Origin: a virus
Taxonomy: Duplodnaviria > Caudoviricetes
IMG/VR virus record: IMGVR_UViG_3300001598_000037
Location: 26,811 to 90,810 of that record
Direction: 5' to 3' (one strand)
DNA: 64,000 bases
How positions within the stretch are numbered: position 1 is the first letter of the stretch; the number at the start of each line of letters is the position of its first letter. Under the pieces are notes generated by a model that saw only the letters and a program-made list of their open reading frames with translations, made no database searches and had not been told where the DNA came from. The translations under genes were made by a program, and so were the position numbers. Shown piece by piece: positions 44,993 to 54,326 of this stretch.

Positions 44993-45554
44993 ACCATAAA
45001 TAACTTTCGATTTCGTTAACATAGCCAACTTCCTCGAATATATAGTCTGGATTTTTCTTCCAGATATATTCTTGCATAGCTTCGAAATCAGAAGATATTG
45101 GTTCGTCATTAATTAGTAGTTCATTTTTGTAATCTAATGCTTCTCCAATAATTTCTGCTGGTACATTTGTTTTTACCAGAAAATTAGTGTCACAGTCAAA
45201 TAGATTAATGATTCTACATTCGTCTGCTGGATAAGTGACTTCGCCACCATCCTCTAACCAGATATGTTGTTTTTCACTGTATCTGAATCTCCAGTATGTT
45301 TTGTCTTCCCCGACATAATCTATTGTTGAACCGTCAACGACTGGGAAGTTTTCAGCTAATAAATTTAATACCTTATCTGGTTCATGATAATTATAACAGC
45401 CTACACTAACATTAAGTGCGTTTTTCTCACTGTCATATCCTCTTTCTTCAAAATAATAATCAAATTCATTACTGTCTAAAAAATTGTTTAGGGCTGTAAT
45501 ATCAATTCTTTGTTTGAATCGAATTACTCCATTTCCATCTGCGTAATAACTCAT
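44991..45554 (-). CDS. Hypothetical protein (187 aa)
   Basis: MSYYADGNG...YVGED...WRF motif. Confidence 0.7.
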   Translation of the reverse strand: MSYYADGNGVIRFKQRIDITALNNFLDSNEFDYYFEERGYDSEKNALNVSVGCYNYHEPDKVLNLLAENFPVVDGSTIDYVGEDKTYWRFRYSEKQHIWLEDGGEVTYPADECRIINLFDCDTNFLVKTNVPAEIIGEALDYKNELLINDEPISSDFEAMQEYIWKKNPDYIFEEVGYVNEIESYLW

Positions 45555-45566
45555 AATTACACCTCC

Positions 45567-45833
45567 TTATTTTACTTCACCCGCTAGGACATATCCTAAC
45601 AAGTGTAATTCATCTAACGCCAAATCATAAAAATCACAGTAGACATCCCAATCTTCTTTATCTTCTGCAATTTCTTTGTCTAATTGTTTTTTTAATTCGG
45701 CAATATTTTCTTGCTGACTTAAATCTAAACCACCAGCAATATATTCTTCACCGTCTGGATAACAAACATAAATTGTCATTTGATATTCGTCATCAACTTC
45801 GAATGCTAAATCAACTATTATTTTCTTTTCCAT
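45567..45833 (-). CDS. Acidic hypothetical protein
   Basis: Start re-assigned to 45833 after AAGGGTGG. Confidence 0.6.
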   Translation of the reverse strand: MEKKIIVDLAFEVDDEYQMTIYVCYPDGEEYIAGGLDLSQQENIAELKKQLDKEIAEDKEDWDVYCDFYDLALDELHLLGYVLAGEVK

Positions 45834-45834
45834 A

Positions 45835-46161
45835 TTAATCAAGCCACCCTTCATTTCTACAATATTCAACTTCTTCAGCTGTTATTTCGAACCAGCGATA
45901 TTCATAAGATGTATAATCCTCTTCTGTTGATACTTCAACTAAAACAAGACATACCTCTTCGTCAAGTTCTGGATTCTCATAGTCAAGAGCTTCAGAAATT
46001 TCATCTAATGGATAATCCCAATGAATGTTGTCTGTATCAATATCATTAAGAGTTAAATAGCTGTGTGTTTCTCTTAAGGTATTACAAGTAATGTAGTAGT
46101 TGCCAGTTAAGGCTTGTACATAGCGTTTAGGTGATAAAATTGTGTTTAATACTTTTTTCAT
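45835..46161 (-). CDS. Acidic hypothetical protein
   Basis: RBS AAGGAGGT. Confidence 0.7.
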   Translation of the reverse strand: MKKVLNTILSPKRYVQALTGNYYITCNTLRETHSYLTLNDIDTDNIHWDYPLDEISEALDYENPELDEEVCLVLVEVSTEEDYTSYEYRWFEITAEEVEYCRNEGWLD

Positions 46162-46184
46162 AAGCATTACCTCCTTATAAATAT

Positions 46185-46212
46185 ATTATACCGTATAATT
46201 TTCATTTTTCAA
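46185..46212 (-). promoter_or_regulatory. Minus-strand promoter
   Basis: TTGAAA-16-TATAAT. Confidence 0.6.
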
Positions 46213-46213
46213 A

Positions 46214-46447
46214 TTATTTTTTAATATTTGTTAAATGAATTTCTTCGGTAAAGTCTTCCTCTTCGGGATCGTTCCAAACTACAACACGAAGCTCTCCAGT
46301 GTCTTTCACAAGTTCGACACGAACCCCAGGCAATGATGCAGCCGAGCCGTCATCATCATCTGGAATGTATTCAATGTCGATTCCTGGATAATCGTATTCT
46401 TCTGGTCCAAGGGCAGCAGCTCTTAATTTACCGTTGCCCAATCTCAT
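46214..46447 (-). CDS. Hypothetical protein (77 aa)
   Basis: DYPGIDIEY motif. Confidence 0.65.
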   Translation of the reverse strand: MRLGNGKLRAAALGPEEYDYPGIDIEYIPDDDDGSAASLPGVRVELVKDTGELRVVVWNDPEEEDFTEEIHLTNIKK

Positions 46448-46475
46448 TTCGATTACCTTCCTTGTCTTTCACCTC

Positions 46476-46775
46476 CTATATTAATTTCCAGTTTTCTGGA
46501 TCGTTAACAAATTCAGCATAGTAATCTTCGCAGTCATAGCGGCCATGATCTAAATGATCAGAAATTTCTTTGAAGATCGCAGAATATGAATTGCCAGTAC
46601 AAGGTCTGATTGTTCTACAGCCACCAACATAATTGATAACTAAGAATTCACGAACCCAGTCACCATCTTCTGTATTTTGGAAGATGTCGTATCTGATACT
46701 TTCTACATTACCTTGATACTTAATAATTGTGTCGTTTAATTCAGCGACGAATTGTTTTTTGTCTTTTAATGCCAT
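46476..46775 (-). CDS. Hypothetical protein (99 aa)
   Basis: GGAGGTACAATTTTATG cassette. Confidence 0.7.
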   Translation of the reverse strand: MALKDKKQFVAELNDTIIKYQGNVESIRYDIFQNTEDGDWVREFLVINYVGGCRTIRPCTGNSYSAIFKEISDHLDHGRYDCEDYYAEFVNDPENWKLI

Positions 46776-46794
46776 AAAATTGTACCTCCTTATA

Positions 46795-47199
46795 TTAAAA
46801 TGCTGGTCTATGTTCTACTTTTAATAGAGCATAAACTTCAGCTTGAAGCCTGTTGATATCTGTGATGTTATGATTACTACCATCACGAGTCTTCCCTTCT
46901 GGGTCAGCTGTTCTGATTAACAAATTTTTGTCCCAAGGGAAATATTTTAGACTGTCTCTGTAATCTTCAAAATTAATATATACAGAATGACCATCTTTTT
47001 TAACATAACCGTAGCTATAACAGAAAGTGTTTTTGCCGACTTCTATTTCACAGTCTGGGAACAAACTTTTTAATAAAGCTTTAAATTTTCTGTTAGCTTT
47101 TTGAGATGCGTCCACTTCGGGTCTTTCATTGTCAACAGTATATAAAAAACTGTTTGAAAATAAATTGTGAACTTCTTTTACAAATTGTGCAGGTTTCAT
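46795..47199 (-). CDS. Hypothetical protein (134 aa)
   Basis: RBS GGAGGT; LLIRTA....D..G.NH motif. Confidence 0.7.
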   Translation of the reverse strand: MKPAQFVKEVHNLFSNSFLYTVDNERPEVDASQKANRKFKALLKSLFPDCEIEVGKNTFCYSYGYVKKDGHSVYINFEDYRDSLKYFPWDKNLLIRTADPEGKTRDGSNHNITDINRLQAEVYALLKVEHRPAF

Positions 47200-47201
47200 A
47201 G

Positions 47202-47354
47202 TTATACCTCCTGTATTGAAATAATTTTATATTCACAGTCTATACCAAGACCGTAAATTTGCTTACACTCCTCAAGGGAAGAGACGACACATTGTTGTCG
47301 CCTCCATTCACCATGAGTATATTCATCTTTATATTCGAAGATAATTTTTACCAT
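47202..47354 (-). CDS. Hypothetical protein (50 aa, not in track)
   Basis: RBS GAGGAGG; MVKIIFEYKDEYTHGEWRRQQCVVSSLEECKQIYGLGIDCEYKIISIQEV. Confidence 0.75.
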   Translation of the reverse strand: MVKIIFEYKDEYTHGEWRRQQCVVSSLEECKQIYGLGIDCEYKIISIQEV

Positions 47355-47355
47355 C

Positions 47356-47682
47356 TTAATTGTCCTCCTCATCGATGTGAAGTAAAGATTCTACTTCATT
47401 ATCTGAGATGTTAGCAAATTCTTTTAATAAATTTACGACTAATAAAGATTCTTCTGGATCTAAACCTTCATGTGCCAGTGGATAAGCTAATGCTTCTGCT
47501 AACCAGTTGAAGCCTGTTGTAAGATCGACAAGTTTATCGTCGTCCTCCAGATCAATCCAGTAATCAGCAGTATCATCATACCATAAATCAAATGATCCGT
47601 CAAGTTTTGTAGCTGATGTTAGCTTTATGACTGCATTATATTCTGCGTCTGTAAGTTTTGTTCTAATTGTTGTGTTTTTCAT
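47356..47682 (-). CDS. Acidic hypothetical protein
   Basis: RBS GGAGGTG. Confidence 0.7.
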   Translation of the reverse strand: MKNTTIRTKLTDAEYNAVIKLTSATKLDGSFDLWYDDTADYWIDLEDDDKLVDLTTGFNWLAEALAYPLAHEGLDPEESLLVVNLLKEFANISDNEVESLLHIDEEDN

Positions 47683-47694
47683 AATAACACCTCC

Positions 47695-47967
47695 TTATTT
47701 TTCGAATGTGGCTTTATCAAGACGAACGGCCCAGTTGCCTTCATCATCTTCAGCATAATTTTCACTAGAATTTTCTGTAATTATCTTTCGGTATTCATCA
47801 GCCTCTTCTTCGGTCATGTCATCCACTATTTCTTCAATTAGACATTTAATAGTTTCATTGAAAAAATTTTCTGCATCTGTATAGTCTAAAAATACATGAT
47901 GCTCCCAATCATAGTTAACATAATAAGTCGGACTGCCTATACTAACTATATAACAACCCTTAGCCAT
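47695..47967 (-). CDS. Acidic hypothetical protein
   Basis: RBS GGAGG. Confidence 0.7.
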   Translation of the reverse strand: MAKGCYIVSIGSPTYYVNYDWEHHVFLDYTDAENFFNETIKCLIEEIVDDMTEEEADEYRKIITENSSENYAEDDEGNWAVRLDKATFEK

Positions 47968-48272
47968 TAGTATTTTCCTCCTTCTGGATACATCTTTTCT
48001 AGTTGTGCGTCTGTAAAATAAGCTAAGAACGCTATGATAATTTCTTTAGCTTGAGTTTGGAATTCTCTCCAATCAAAAACATTACCATTGAAATAAATGA
48101 AGTCTTGACCTTCGCTCATCTCATTGTCTTTGTTATATCTGATTAAAAATTGTGTAAATTCTTTTTCAGAAAGTTTTGCTTCTGCACGATCTTGTATAGC
48201 GTTGGCTGCATGTCCCCAATCACCATACTTCTTTAATAAATTGTCTGTAATTTCGATTCTTCTCATCTTCAT
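47967..48272 (-). CDS. Hypothetical protein (101 aa)
   Basis: RBS GGAGGAC. Confidence 0.7.
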   Translation of the reverse strand: MKMRRIEITDNLLKKYGDWGHAANAIQDRAEAKLSEKEFTQFLIRYNKDNEMSEGQDFIYFNGNVFDWREFQTQAKEIIIAFLAYFTDAQLEKMYPEGGKY

Positions 48273-48284
48273 TGTCCTCCTTTC

Positions 48285-48707
48285 TTAATTGTCTTCTTCT
48301 TCTATATCATCGTCATCAAGCATACATTCACCGTAGCTTAATTCACGACCACAAGAATCAATAATAGCACAGTCATATCTGCCAAGATTCTTTGGTTCAA
48401 CAATATATCTGTCAATTGCATCACCAAGATAAGCGTCTTGAGCTATATTAAATGCTTCATTTTCACAGGTAGCTTCAACTTTAACGATTAATTGTTCATA
48501 GCCTTGTTGTTCAAATGCAATATAGTATGTTTGCTTTTCAAATTGATCGTTGTAAATTTGTTCAAGCTTTTTAGCCTCTGTAAATATTTCTTCCATCATT
48601 CGATCTGTATAAGCACATTGATTACCTAATGATATTACTTGTGCTTCCCAGTCTTCGATTGTTCTCTTTAATTGTTGAAATTGTTCCATTAATTGTTTGT
48701 CGTTCAT
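48285..48707 (-). CDS. Acidic hypothetical protein (140 aa)
   Basis: RBS GGAGGT. Confidence 0.7.
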   Translation of the reverse strand: MNDKQLMEQFQQLKRTIEDWEAQVISLGNQCAYTDRMMEEIFTEAKKLEQIYNDQFEKQTYYIAFEQQGYEQLIVKVEATCENEAFNIAQDAYLGDAIDRYIVEPKNLGRYDCAIIDSCGRELSYGECMLDDDDIEEEDN

Positions 48708-48719
48708 AATAGTACCTCC

Positions 48720-48860
48720 TATTTGTCTTTTTTGTCAAGTCTTTTTCTTATTGTCGTTTTGTCAAGACTTTCCTAATTGTCTTTTACTTATATATATTAC
48801 ACGCGACGCGCTAGCGGAGCGAAAAAAATACCCCCCTGCGCACCGTTTGTCGTATAAAAA
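48720..48860 (-). promoter_or_regulatory. Regulatory spacer with five TTGTC/GACAA motifs and a GC-rich patch
   Basis: Two TTGACA hexamers without a matching -10; non-coding. Confidence 0.45.
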
Positions 48861-48865
48861 TAAAT

Positions 48866-48891
48866 AAGAAGGGGCAAATGCCCCCTCTTTT
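48866..48891. terminator. Bidirectional-type intrinsic terminator
   Basis: AAGAAGGGGC-AAAT-GCCCCCTCTTTT. Confidence 0.75.
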
Positions 48892-49801
48892 AGTGGTTGT
48901 AAACGGCTATAGTTTTACCCTTGTGATATCCTCTCCAGCAGATGCCGCAGTTAGCACAAGTTCTTTCTTTACCGCTATCAAAAGGTTCATGGTTTAAATG
49001 ACCTTTCTTAGATTTACCATCCCATTCAACAGTTGGGCAATGTGGAACACCAACTAAATGGTCATCATCCATATCATCCCATTCAAAAAGTTGAACTTTA
49101 GAAAGATATTTATCTGGGAATCCAGATTTCTTTAAATTATCTTTCCAAACAGATAAATTCCAACAGAAATTCTTTGGGAAATCTCCGTGTTTATCTAGGT
49201 AATCCGCAATCCAACTAAATCTCTTAGTGTAACTGTAGAAATTAATTGTTGGGAATGTTTGAGCGATTAACATCATATCTTCAAGATATTGAGGTGATTC
49301 GATCTCACCAGAAGAATGCCAACGGAAGATAAGTTTGTCTTCAGGTTTTGGATCCTTACGTTTTTCAAACTTATTAACTTCTTTAAGAAGGGCTTCTTTG
49401 ATTTCAGCAATAAATCTTTCTCTATCTTCACGATAAATTAATAGATTTTTGATTACTGATGGCATAACTGAGTTGTGATGTTGTCTGCAGCCGTTAATAG
49501 CATAGCAGAATTTTTCACAGCCGTCACAGCAGCCTTGACAAGAGCCGTGTACATTAGTGATTTCTTCACCTTTAGCTACGATGTAGTGATCCCCAGGTAA
49601 AGTATTAAGGATAAGTTCGTCGCCTACCTTAATGTTTCCATGTTGAATTCCAACATGCATGTCTGCTAGAGCAATAGTAACTTGAGAGTAGTTACCGCTC
49701 TTAGAAGCAAGATAACGAAGAGTTTTGTCTTCTTCGTCGTAATTGTAGAAAAGCACCATTTCGTTCTTTTCATTAATTGTATAAAGTTTTTCATTTTTCA
49801 T
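48890..49801 (-). CDS. GP88-like protein (Cys-cluster, radical-SAM-related)
   Basis: NTLPG...GSCQGCCDGCEKFCYA, FRWHSSGEI, FYSYTK, NLSVW, C..CGICW. Confidence 0.65.
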   Translation of the reverse strand: MKNEKLYTINEKNEMVLFYNYDEEDKTLRYLASKSGNYSQVTIALADMHVGIQHGNIKVGDELILNTLPGDHYIVAKGEEITNVHGSCQGCCDGCEKFCYAINGCRQHHNSVMPSVIKNLLIYREDRERFIAEIKEALLKEVNKFEKRKDPKPEDKLIFRWHSSGEIESPQYLEDMMLIAQTFPTINFYSYTKRFSWIADYLDKHGDFPKNFCWNLSVWKDNLKKSGFPDKYLSKVQLFEWDDMDDDHLVGVPHCPTVEWDGKSKKGHLNHEPFDSGKERTCANCGICWRGYHKGKTIAVYNH

Positions 49802-49825
49802 AATGAATTCCTCCTTTAATATATT

Positions 49826-50260
49826 TTATATATGGGCACTTCCGATGTACAATAAAGTATCATCTGGAAGGTCCATAATATAAGCTAATAAGTCTTCAGC
49901 AGTCATTGTTCGCATATCACTGAAATCTACATGATATACAAATTCAAACATTCTGCCAATATTTTGTTCACTGATAAAACCAGTATAGATGTATTTATCC
50001 TTAAAATCCTTAACAGTAGTACCTGGATAAACCATAGTCTTTTCATCTAAACCGTCATACCAGCGTTCTGCAATGACGTATGGATAATCCCACACGGCAT
50101 TTGCGTTTACCACAGCGTCTAATTTTTCGTCGAAATTACCTTCTTCGTCATAGACACTATCGTCCCAACACCATTCACTTAGTTGTAAAATTGTAGTAGC
50201 TCTGTGTAAGCCATCTTCTGTATTTTTTGCAAATACAGGAATTAATACTCCAACGTGCAT
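49826..50260 (-). CDS. Hypothetical protein (144 aa)
   Basis: GGAGGTACAATTATG cassette. Confidence 0.7.
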   Translation of the reverse strand: MHVGVLIPVFAKNTEDGLHRATTILQLSEWCWDDSVYDEEGNFDEKLDAVVNANAVWDYPYVIAERWYDGLDEKTMVYPGTTVKDFKDKYIYTGFISEQNIGRMFEFVYHVDFSDMRTMTAEDLLAYIMDLPDDTLLYIGSAHI

Positions 50261-50278
50261 AATTGTACCTCCCTATAA

Positions 50279-50833
50279 TTAATTATGATAATCGTATGTT
50301 CCAACAATGTAGAATACGACTTCATTTAATTTTTTGCAATCCATTAAACTCTGTACTTGTAATAAGAAACTGTCTAATGAAGCACAACTATAAAACAATT
50401 TATGAGAATCGGCTAAAGTATAAAAGAAGAATCCACTGTTAGTTTCTTCAATAAGGTTTTTCATATGATAAACCCACAAATCGTCTTCTGGATGTATTCC
50501 TTTTTCATCCATATATTCTTTAATAGCATCAGCTTTCTCATAATAATGTGATTTTAATGAATCTTTAGTAATCACAACCTTTTTTAGTTGTGGATTAAGG
50601 TCTGGCACATTTAAAATACCATTTGTTTGGTCTGTAAATTTGAAAGCAGTAGGATAACATTTTTGTAACCAATCAATATCATAATCAAAATCTCTACTGT
50701 CTTTAATATAATCAAAGAAACTAAAGCCTTGACTTTCTAATTCATCAGCTAAATCATCATCTGTTGGTAGTGAAATCATTTTGCCATTAAGGTCTTCTTC
50801 TGTAAATAAAATTGTAAATATTCTGCTATGCAT
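50279..50833 (-). CDS. Hypothetical protein (184 aa)
   Basis: MHSRIF...FDY...YIVGTYDYH; cassette RBS. Confidence 0.7.
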   Translation of the reverse strand: MHSRIFTILFTEEDLNGKMISLPTDDDLADELESQGFSFFDYIKDSRDFDYDIDWLQKCYPTAFKFTDQTNGILNVPDLNPQLKKVVITKDSLKSHYYEKADAIKEYMDEKGIHPEDDLWVYHMKNLIEETNSGFFFYTLADSHKLFYSCASLDSFLLQVQSLMDCKKLNEVVFYIVGTYDYHN

Positions 50834-50850
50834 AAATTGTACCTCCTATA

Positions 50851-51381
50851 TTATAATTGGTTTTTATATTCTTCTTCTGTAATTTGAGCTGTAAGTCCAG
50901 CAGCTCTACAGATAGATTTTACATCAGTGTGAGATAATATTTTTGTAATTTTTAGTTGGCCACAAATGTACCAATCAACCACAGCTGAAGGGTTTGTCTT
51001 ATATTTATAATAACCTTCAAATGGTATTTCTTTTAAATATTGATCTCTTGGAATTTTACCCATTGCTTTGGCTAAATCAGTATAATCATATTGAGCCGAC
51101 ATTTCAACTTCACACCAAACTGTGTTAGATGCTTGACATAATTCGCCGTTGCTCATTCTTTTACCAATATGTGTAGCTAATGGATATTGTGTTGTATGAA
51201 AACCTGGACGATAAGCTAATTCACCAAGTTTAGATTTAACTTTACCACGTTCAGTTTTTTCACCAGCGGTTGCAGTTAACCATGTATTAAGTGGCATAAC
51301 TGTTTCGCGATCTATATAGAGAGGATGGAGTGTACCATCCTTTCTAATAGCAAATAATTTATAAGCGATAAGAGTCTTCAT
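50851..51381 (-). CDS. Conserved phage hypothetical protein
   Basis: AYKLF...GTLHPLYI...WL.A...GELAYRPGFH...P...HIG. Confidence 0.75.
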   Translation of the reverse strand: MKTLIAYKLFAIRKDGTLHPLYIDRETVMPLNTWLTATAGEKTERGKVKSKLGELAYRPGFHTTQYPLATHIGKRMSNGELCQASNTVWCEVEMSAQYDYTDLAKAMGKIPRDQYLKEIPFEGYYKYKTNPSAVVDWYICGQLKITKILSHTDVKSICRAAGLTAQITEEEYKNQL

Positions 51382-51872
51382 TAATATGATTCCTCCTCAT
51401 CGTCGTATTCGGCAGAAGAGCGTGTATCAATATGAATTGATTTAACAGTTTTTCCGTCTTTTCTGATTTTAATATTGAATTCACCTTTGCCTGTAGAATA
51501 GAATTCAGCTGTATCTCCTTCTACAAATAAGCCAAATTCATTAATAACATCATATAAACCAGCGTTTTCATTACGATAACCGTAAGATTTGATGATTTCG
51601 TCTTTATTAAGTAATTCATCAGGAACACAACCGATAACACCTGCATCAACTGGATAAGCATGACCAAATTGATCATAGTATTCACCATCGCCGTATTCAG
51701 TAGAGCCGACAGCAAAGTCTGCTCCTGTTTCTGGTTCGTGATGTGGACCATCAGCGAAGTTTGTTGCTGCCCAAAGATCATAATAGACCTTATCAGCAAG
51801 GACGTAGCAAATATCTCCGATATAAAAGCCTTTACTACTTTTAATTGTGGAAGAAAATTCTAATTTCATCAT
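51381..51872 (-). CDS. Conserved phage hypothetical protein
   Basis: FYIGDICYV...T.YGDGEY.D..G..YPVDAGVIG. Confidence 0.75.
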   Translation of the reverse strand: MMKLEFSSTIKSSKGFYIGDICYVLADKVYYDLWAATNFADGPHHEPETGADFAVGSTEYGDGEYYDQFGHAYPVDAGVIGCVPDELLNKDEIIKSYGYRNENAGLYDVINEFGLFVEGDTAEFYSTGKGEFNIKIRKDGKTVKSIHIDTRSSAEYDDEEESY

Positions 51873-51884
51873 AATTGTACCTCC

Positions 51885-52292
51885 TTAATATCTATCGTCA
51901 TCATCGCGATCATCATAATAATCATCATAAGCATCGCGTTGTTGATCTATTAATGCTTCAACGACGTCATCGTAATCATAATCATCTATGTCAAGATTTA
52001 ATTGATCACAAACAGCGTCAATGAAGTCATCGTTTTCAACTAAAGAATCAAAGATTTCATCAGTGATTTCTTCATCGCTGCCTTCAATATCGATTTCATC
52101 AATATCAATTTCATCAATATCGTCCAATGTTACTTCGTCAATATCAACGTCATCTTCTGGTGGATTCCAATAATCACCTGGATAATAAGTGTAGGTTCCG
52201 TCAACGCTAACTGATGCGCGTCCACTACCACTTACAATGTAAGTTTTGTTTTGAAAAGAAATTGTTTGGTTTTTAAATGTAAAATATACCAT
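51885..52292 (-). CDS. Extremely acidic protein (candidate DNA mimic)
   Basis: 43 of the last 90 residues are D/E; first gene after a promoter. Confidence 0.7.
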   Translation of the reverse strand: MVYFTFKNQTISFQNKTYIVSGSGRASVSVDGTYTYYPGDYWNPPEDDVDIDEVTLDDIDEIDIDEIDIEGSDEEITDEIFDSLVENDDFIDAVCDQLNLDIDDYDYDDVVEALIDQQRDAYDDYYDDRDDDDRY

Positions 52293-52324
52293 AAATTGTA
52301 CCTCCTTATAATAGAGTCATATAT

Positions 52325-52353
52325 ATTATACCCTCACATATTAAAAAATGCAA
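52325..52353 (-). promoter_or_regulatory. Minus-strand promoter
   Basis: TTGCAT-17-TATAAT. Confidence 0.8.
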
Positions 52354-52369
52354 GGGTATTCTATATAAA

Positions 52370-52645
52370 TTAATTAAAATGTTTTCCATAGTCCCATGGA
52401 CGTTCAATATCGTCATCAAAATATTCATCGTCCACAAGGATATCTAGAGTTTCGCTGTCGGTGTCATATGTATCTGTGCTTTTATCATAATATGAGTTTT
52501 CTACAACTACATAGTGATCTTCATCAGGATACCAGTCCCAATCTCCCGACCAGCGAGGAAACTCCTCAAAAAGATCTTGCACTTCTTGAAGAGTTTTTGC
52601 TGCGTATAAAGCATTCCAACAATCTGAAATATGTTTGTATTCCAT
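52370..52645 (-). CDS. Acidic hypothetical protein
   Basis: FPRWSGDW motif; RBS GAGGTG. Confidence 0.7.
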   Translation of the reverse strand: MEYKHISDCWNALYAAKTLQEVQDLFEEFPRWSGDWDWYPDEDHYVVVENSYYDKSTDTYDTDSETLDILVDDEYFDDDIERPWDYGKHFN

Positions 52646-52656
52646 AACACACCTCA

Positions 52657-52831
52657 TTAAGCCATTCTGATTAGAGTATAAACTCTGTTGTCTTGCCAGT
52701 TGCCGCCAGTATATTCATTAGTAAGAATCACTAGTTCATCGCCAACATTTTGTAGCTCACCATCGAATTTAACTCTTTTATTCATATAATGCTTCTAAAA
52801 ATTGTAGTTTGTCTTTTTTATTCATTTTCAT
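52657..52831 (-). pseudogene. Short gene with an apparent 1-nt insertion near 52785
   Basis: 175 nt = 58 codons + 1; MKMNKKDKLQFLEAL joins NKRVKFDGELQNVG...RMA in the +1 frame. Confidence 0.5.
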
Positions 52832-52843
52832 AGACATACCTCC

Positions 52844-53296
52844 TTATCCAAAATAAACGCCTTCAACATAATAAATGTGTTTAGCAATATCGTAGTTATC
52901 GGGCAATAAATGACCGATTTCCTTTTTAATCTCGGCTACAATTTCATCTAATGAATTGTATGCAGCCTTAAATAATTGAGGGAATTGACCTAATTGATAG
53001 CAATAGACTTCTTCTTCTCCTTCGATACAGCCAGGCCAGTTAATACCTTTTTCATTTACAGGAGAAAGACGAGAATATTCTAAATCGCCATCATATGAGA
53101 ATCCTTCATCTTCCATAAATTCTCTAAATTCATCTGCATCAATTTCATCAATGCAGTGATTTGCAGGAATATCTTCTGGACCTCTTAACATGTCTTCTGT
53201 AATGAATTTGTCTAAGTTGCTACCTTTAATATAGGTAATTAAATTGTTATCAGCTACAAAACCAATTTCGCTGAATGCGTAATATCTCATTGACAT
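52844..53296 (-). CDS. Acidic hypothetical protein
   Basis: RBS GGAGGT; P.LFKAAYNSLDE. Confidence 0.7.
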   Translation of the reverse strand: MSMRYYAFSEIGFVADNNLITYIKGSNLDKFITEDMLRGPEDIPANHCIDEIDADEFREFMEDEGFSYDGDLEYSRLSPVNEKGINWPGCIEGEEEVYCYQLGQFPQLFKAAYNSLDEIVAEIKKEIGHLLPDNYDIAKHIYYVEGVYFG

Positions 53297-53309
53297 AAGT
53301 AGTACCTCC

Positions 53310-53837
53310 TTATTTATTTTTCCAGCCATACACTTTGTTGACTGTTGGTGCTAATGATTTAGTACATTTTGCTAAAAGATCATCATAATATTCATTATTA
53401 TAAATTTTATCTTTTAATTTTTGTACATCTGTTGCTGATGCAGACTTTTTAATTAGACGCCAAGTATAATAGTGTGTGCCATCATGATGATGTCCAGCAC
53501 CTTTAACATCGCCATCTTCTACATAGATTTCTCTATAGTCTTCATCATCTGAGAAACTTTCAGCGATGGCGTGGCCAACATTAGCGCCACACATTTTGTA
53601 GCCAGATTTTCTGCCATACCAAAATCCTAAATCTGCAATACAGATAATTTCACTATCTGCATCGATATCTAGAGTGTAGCGGAACTCATCGTCCCACCAT
53701 TGATATAAAGAATCGTTCATAAATTCATAAATACCATCTGCATCTGGTGTGATTTCGTTGATTTCGCAGTATTCTTTAAAATCTGCTTCGTAATCGGAAA
53801 CTTCGCAATTGTAATTGTCGTAAATAATATGCTTCAT
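53310..53837 (-). CDS. Conserved phage hypothetical protein
   Basis: IICIADLGFWYGRKSGYK...HHDGTHYY. Confidence 0.75.
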   Translation of the reverse strand: MKHIIYDNYNCEVSDYEADFKEYCEINEITPDADGIYEFMNDSLYQWWDDEFRYTLDIDADSEIICIADLGFWYGRKSGYKMCGANVGHAIAESFSDDEDYREIYVEDGDVKGAGHHHDGTHYYTWRLIKKSASATDVQKLKDKIYNNEYYDDLLAKCTKSLAPTVNKVYGWKNK

Positions 53838-53838
53838 A

Positions 53839-54312
53839 TTAATTACCTCCTTCTTTTAAACTTTTATTTATAGCCAATTTTAATAAAATTAAAAACGCGT
53901 AACAGTTTTCAAGCGTATCATCAAGACTGATAGCAAATTTTTTCTTGTTAGTTGGACTATAAGCTTTAAATATATATTCTTCAGGAATACCCTGATAATA
54001 TAAATAATTAGTTGGTTTTAATTCTTTTAAACCTTCAATTTTTAGAGGTCTAGGAGACTTCACCATTATTTGCCAATTATAAAAATTATACTGCAATAGA
54101 ATTTCAACATCTTTATAATTGAACTTAACTACAGGATTAATAATACTTTTTGATACATGTGTGCCAACTACCTTTCCTTTAGTCTTGAACATGTCTTCAA
54201 GAGTATTTCTAATAAATCTCACATGATCCCAAAATGAACTCGCCCAAACAAGAGATTCATCTGGGTGATATTCAAAAGCGTACCATGTATATAGGTCTGT
54301 GATATGGATCAT
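53839..54312 (-). CDS. Hypothetical protein (157 aa)
   Basis: RBS GGAGG. Confidence 0.7.
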   Translation of the reverse strand: MIHITDLYTWYAFEYHPDESLVWASSFWDHVRFIRNTLEDMFKTKGKVVGTHVSKSIINPVVKFNYKDVEILLQYNFYNWQIMVKSPRPLKIEGLKELKPTNYLYYQGIPEEYIFKAYSPTNKKKFAISLDDTLENCYAFLILLKLAINKSLKEGGN

Positions 54313-54326
54313 ATAAGTTTTCCTCC

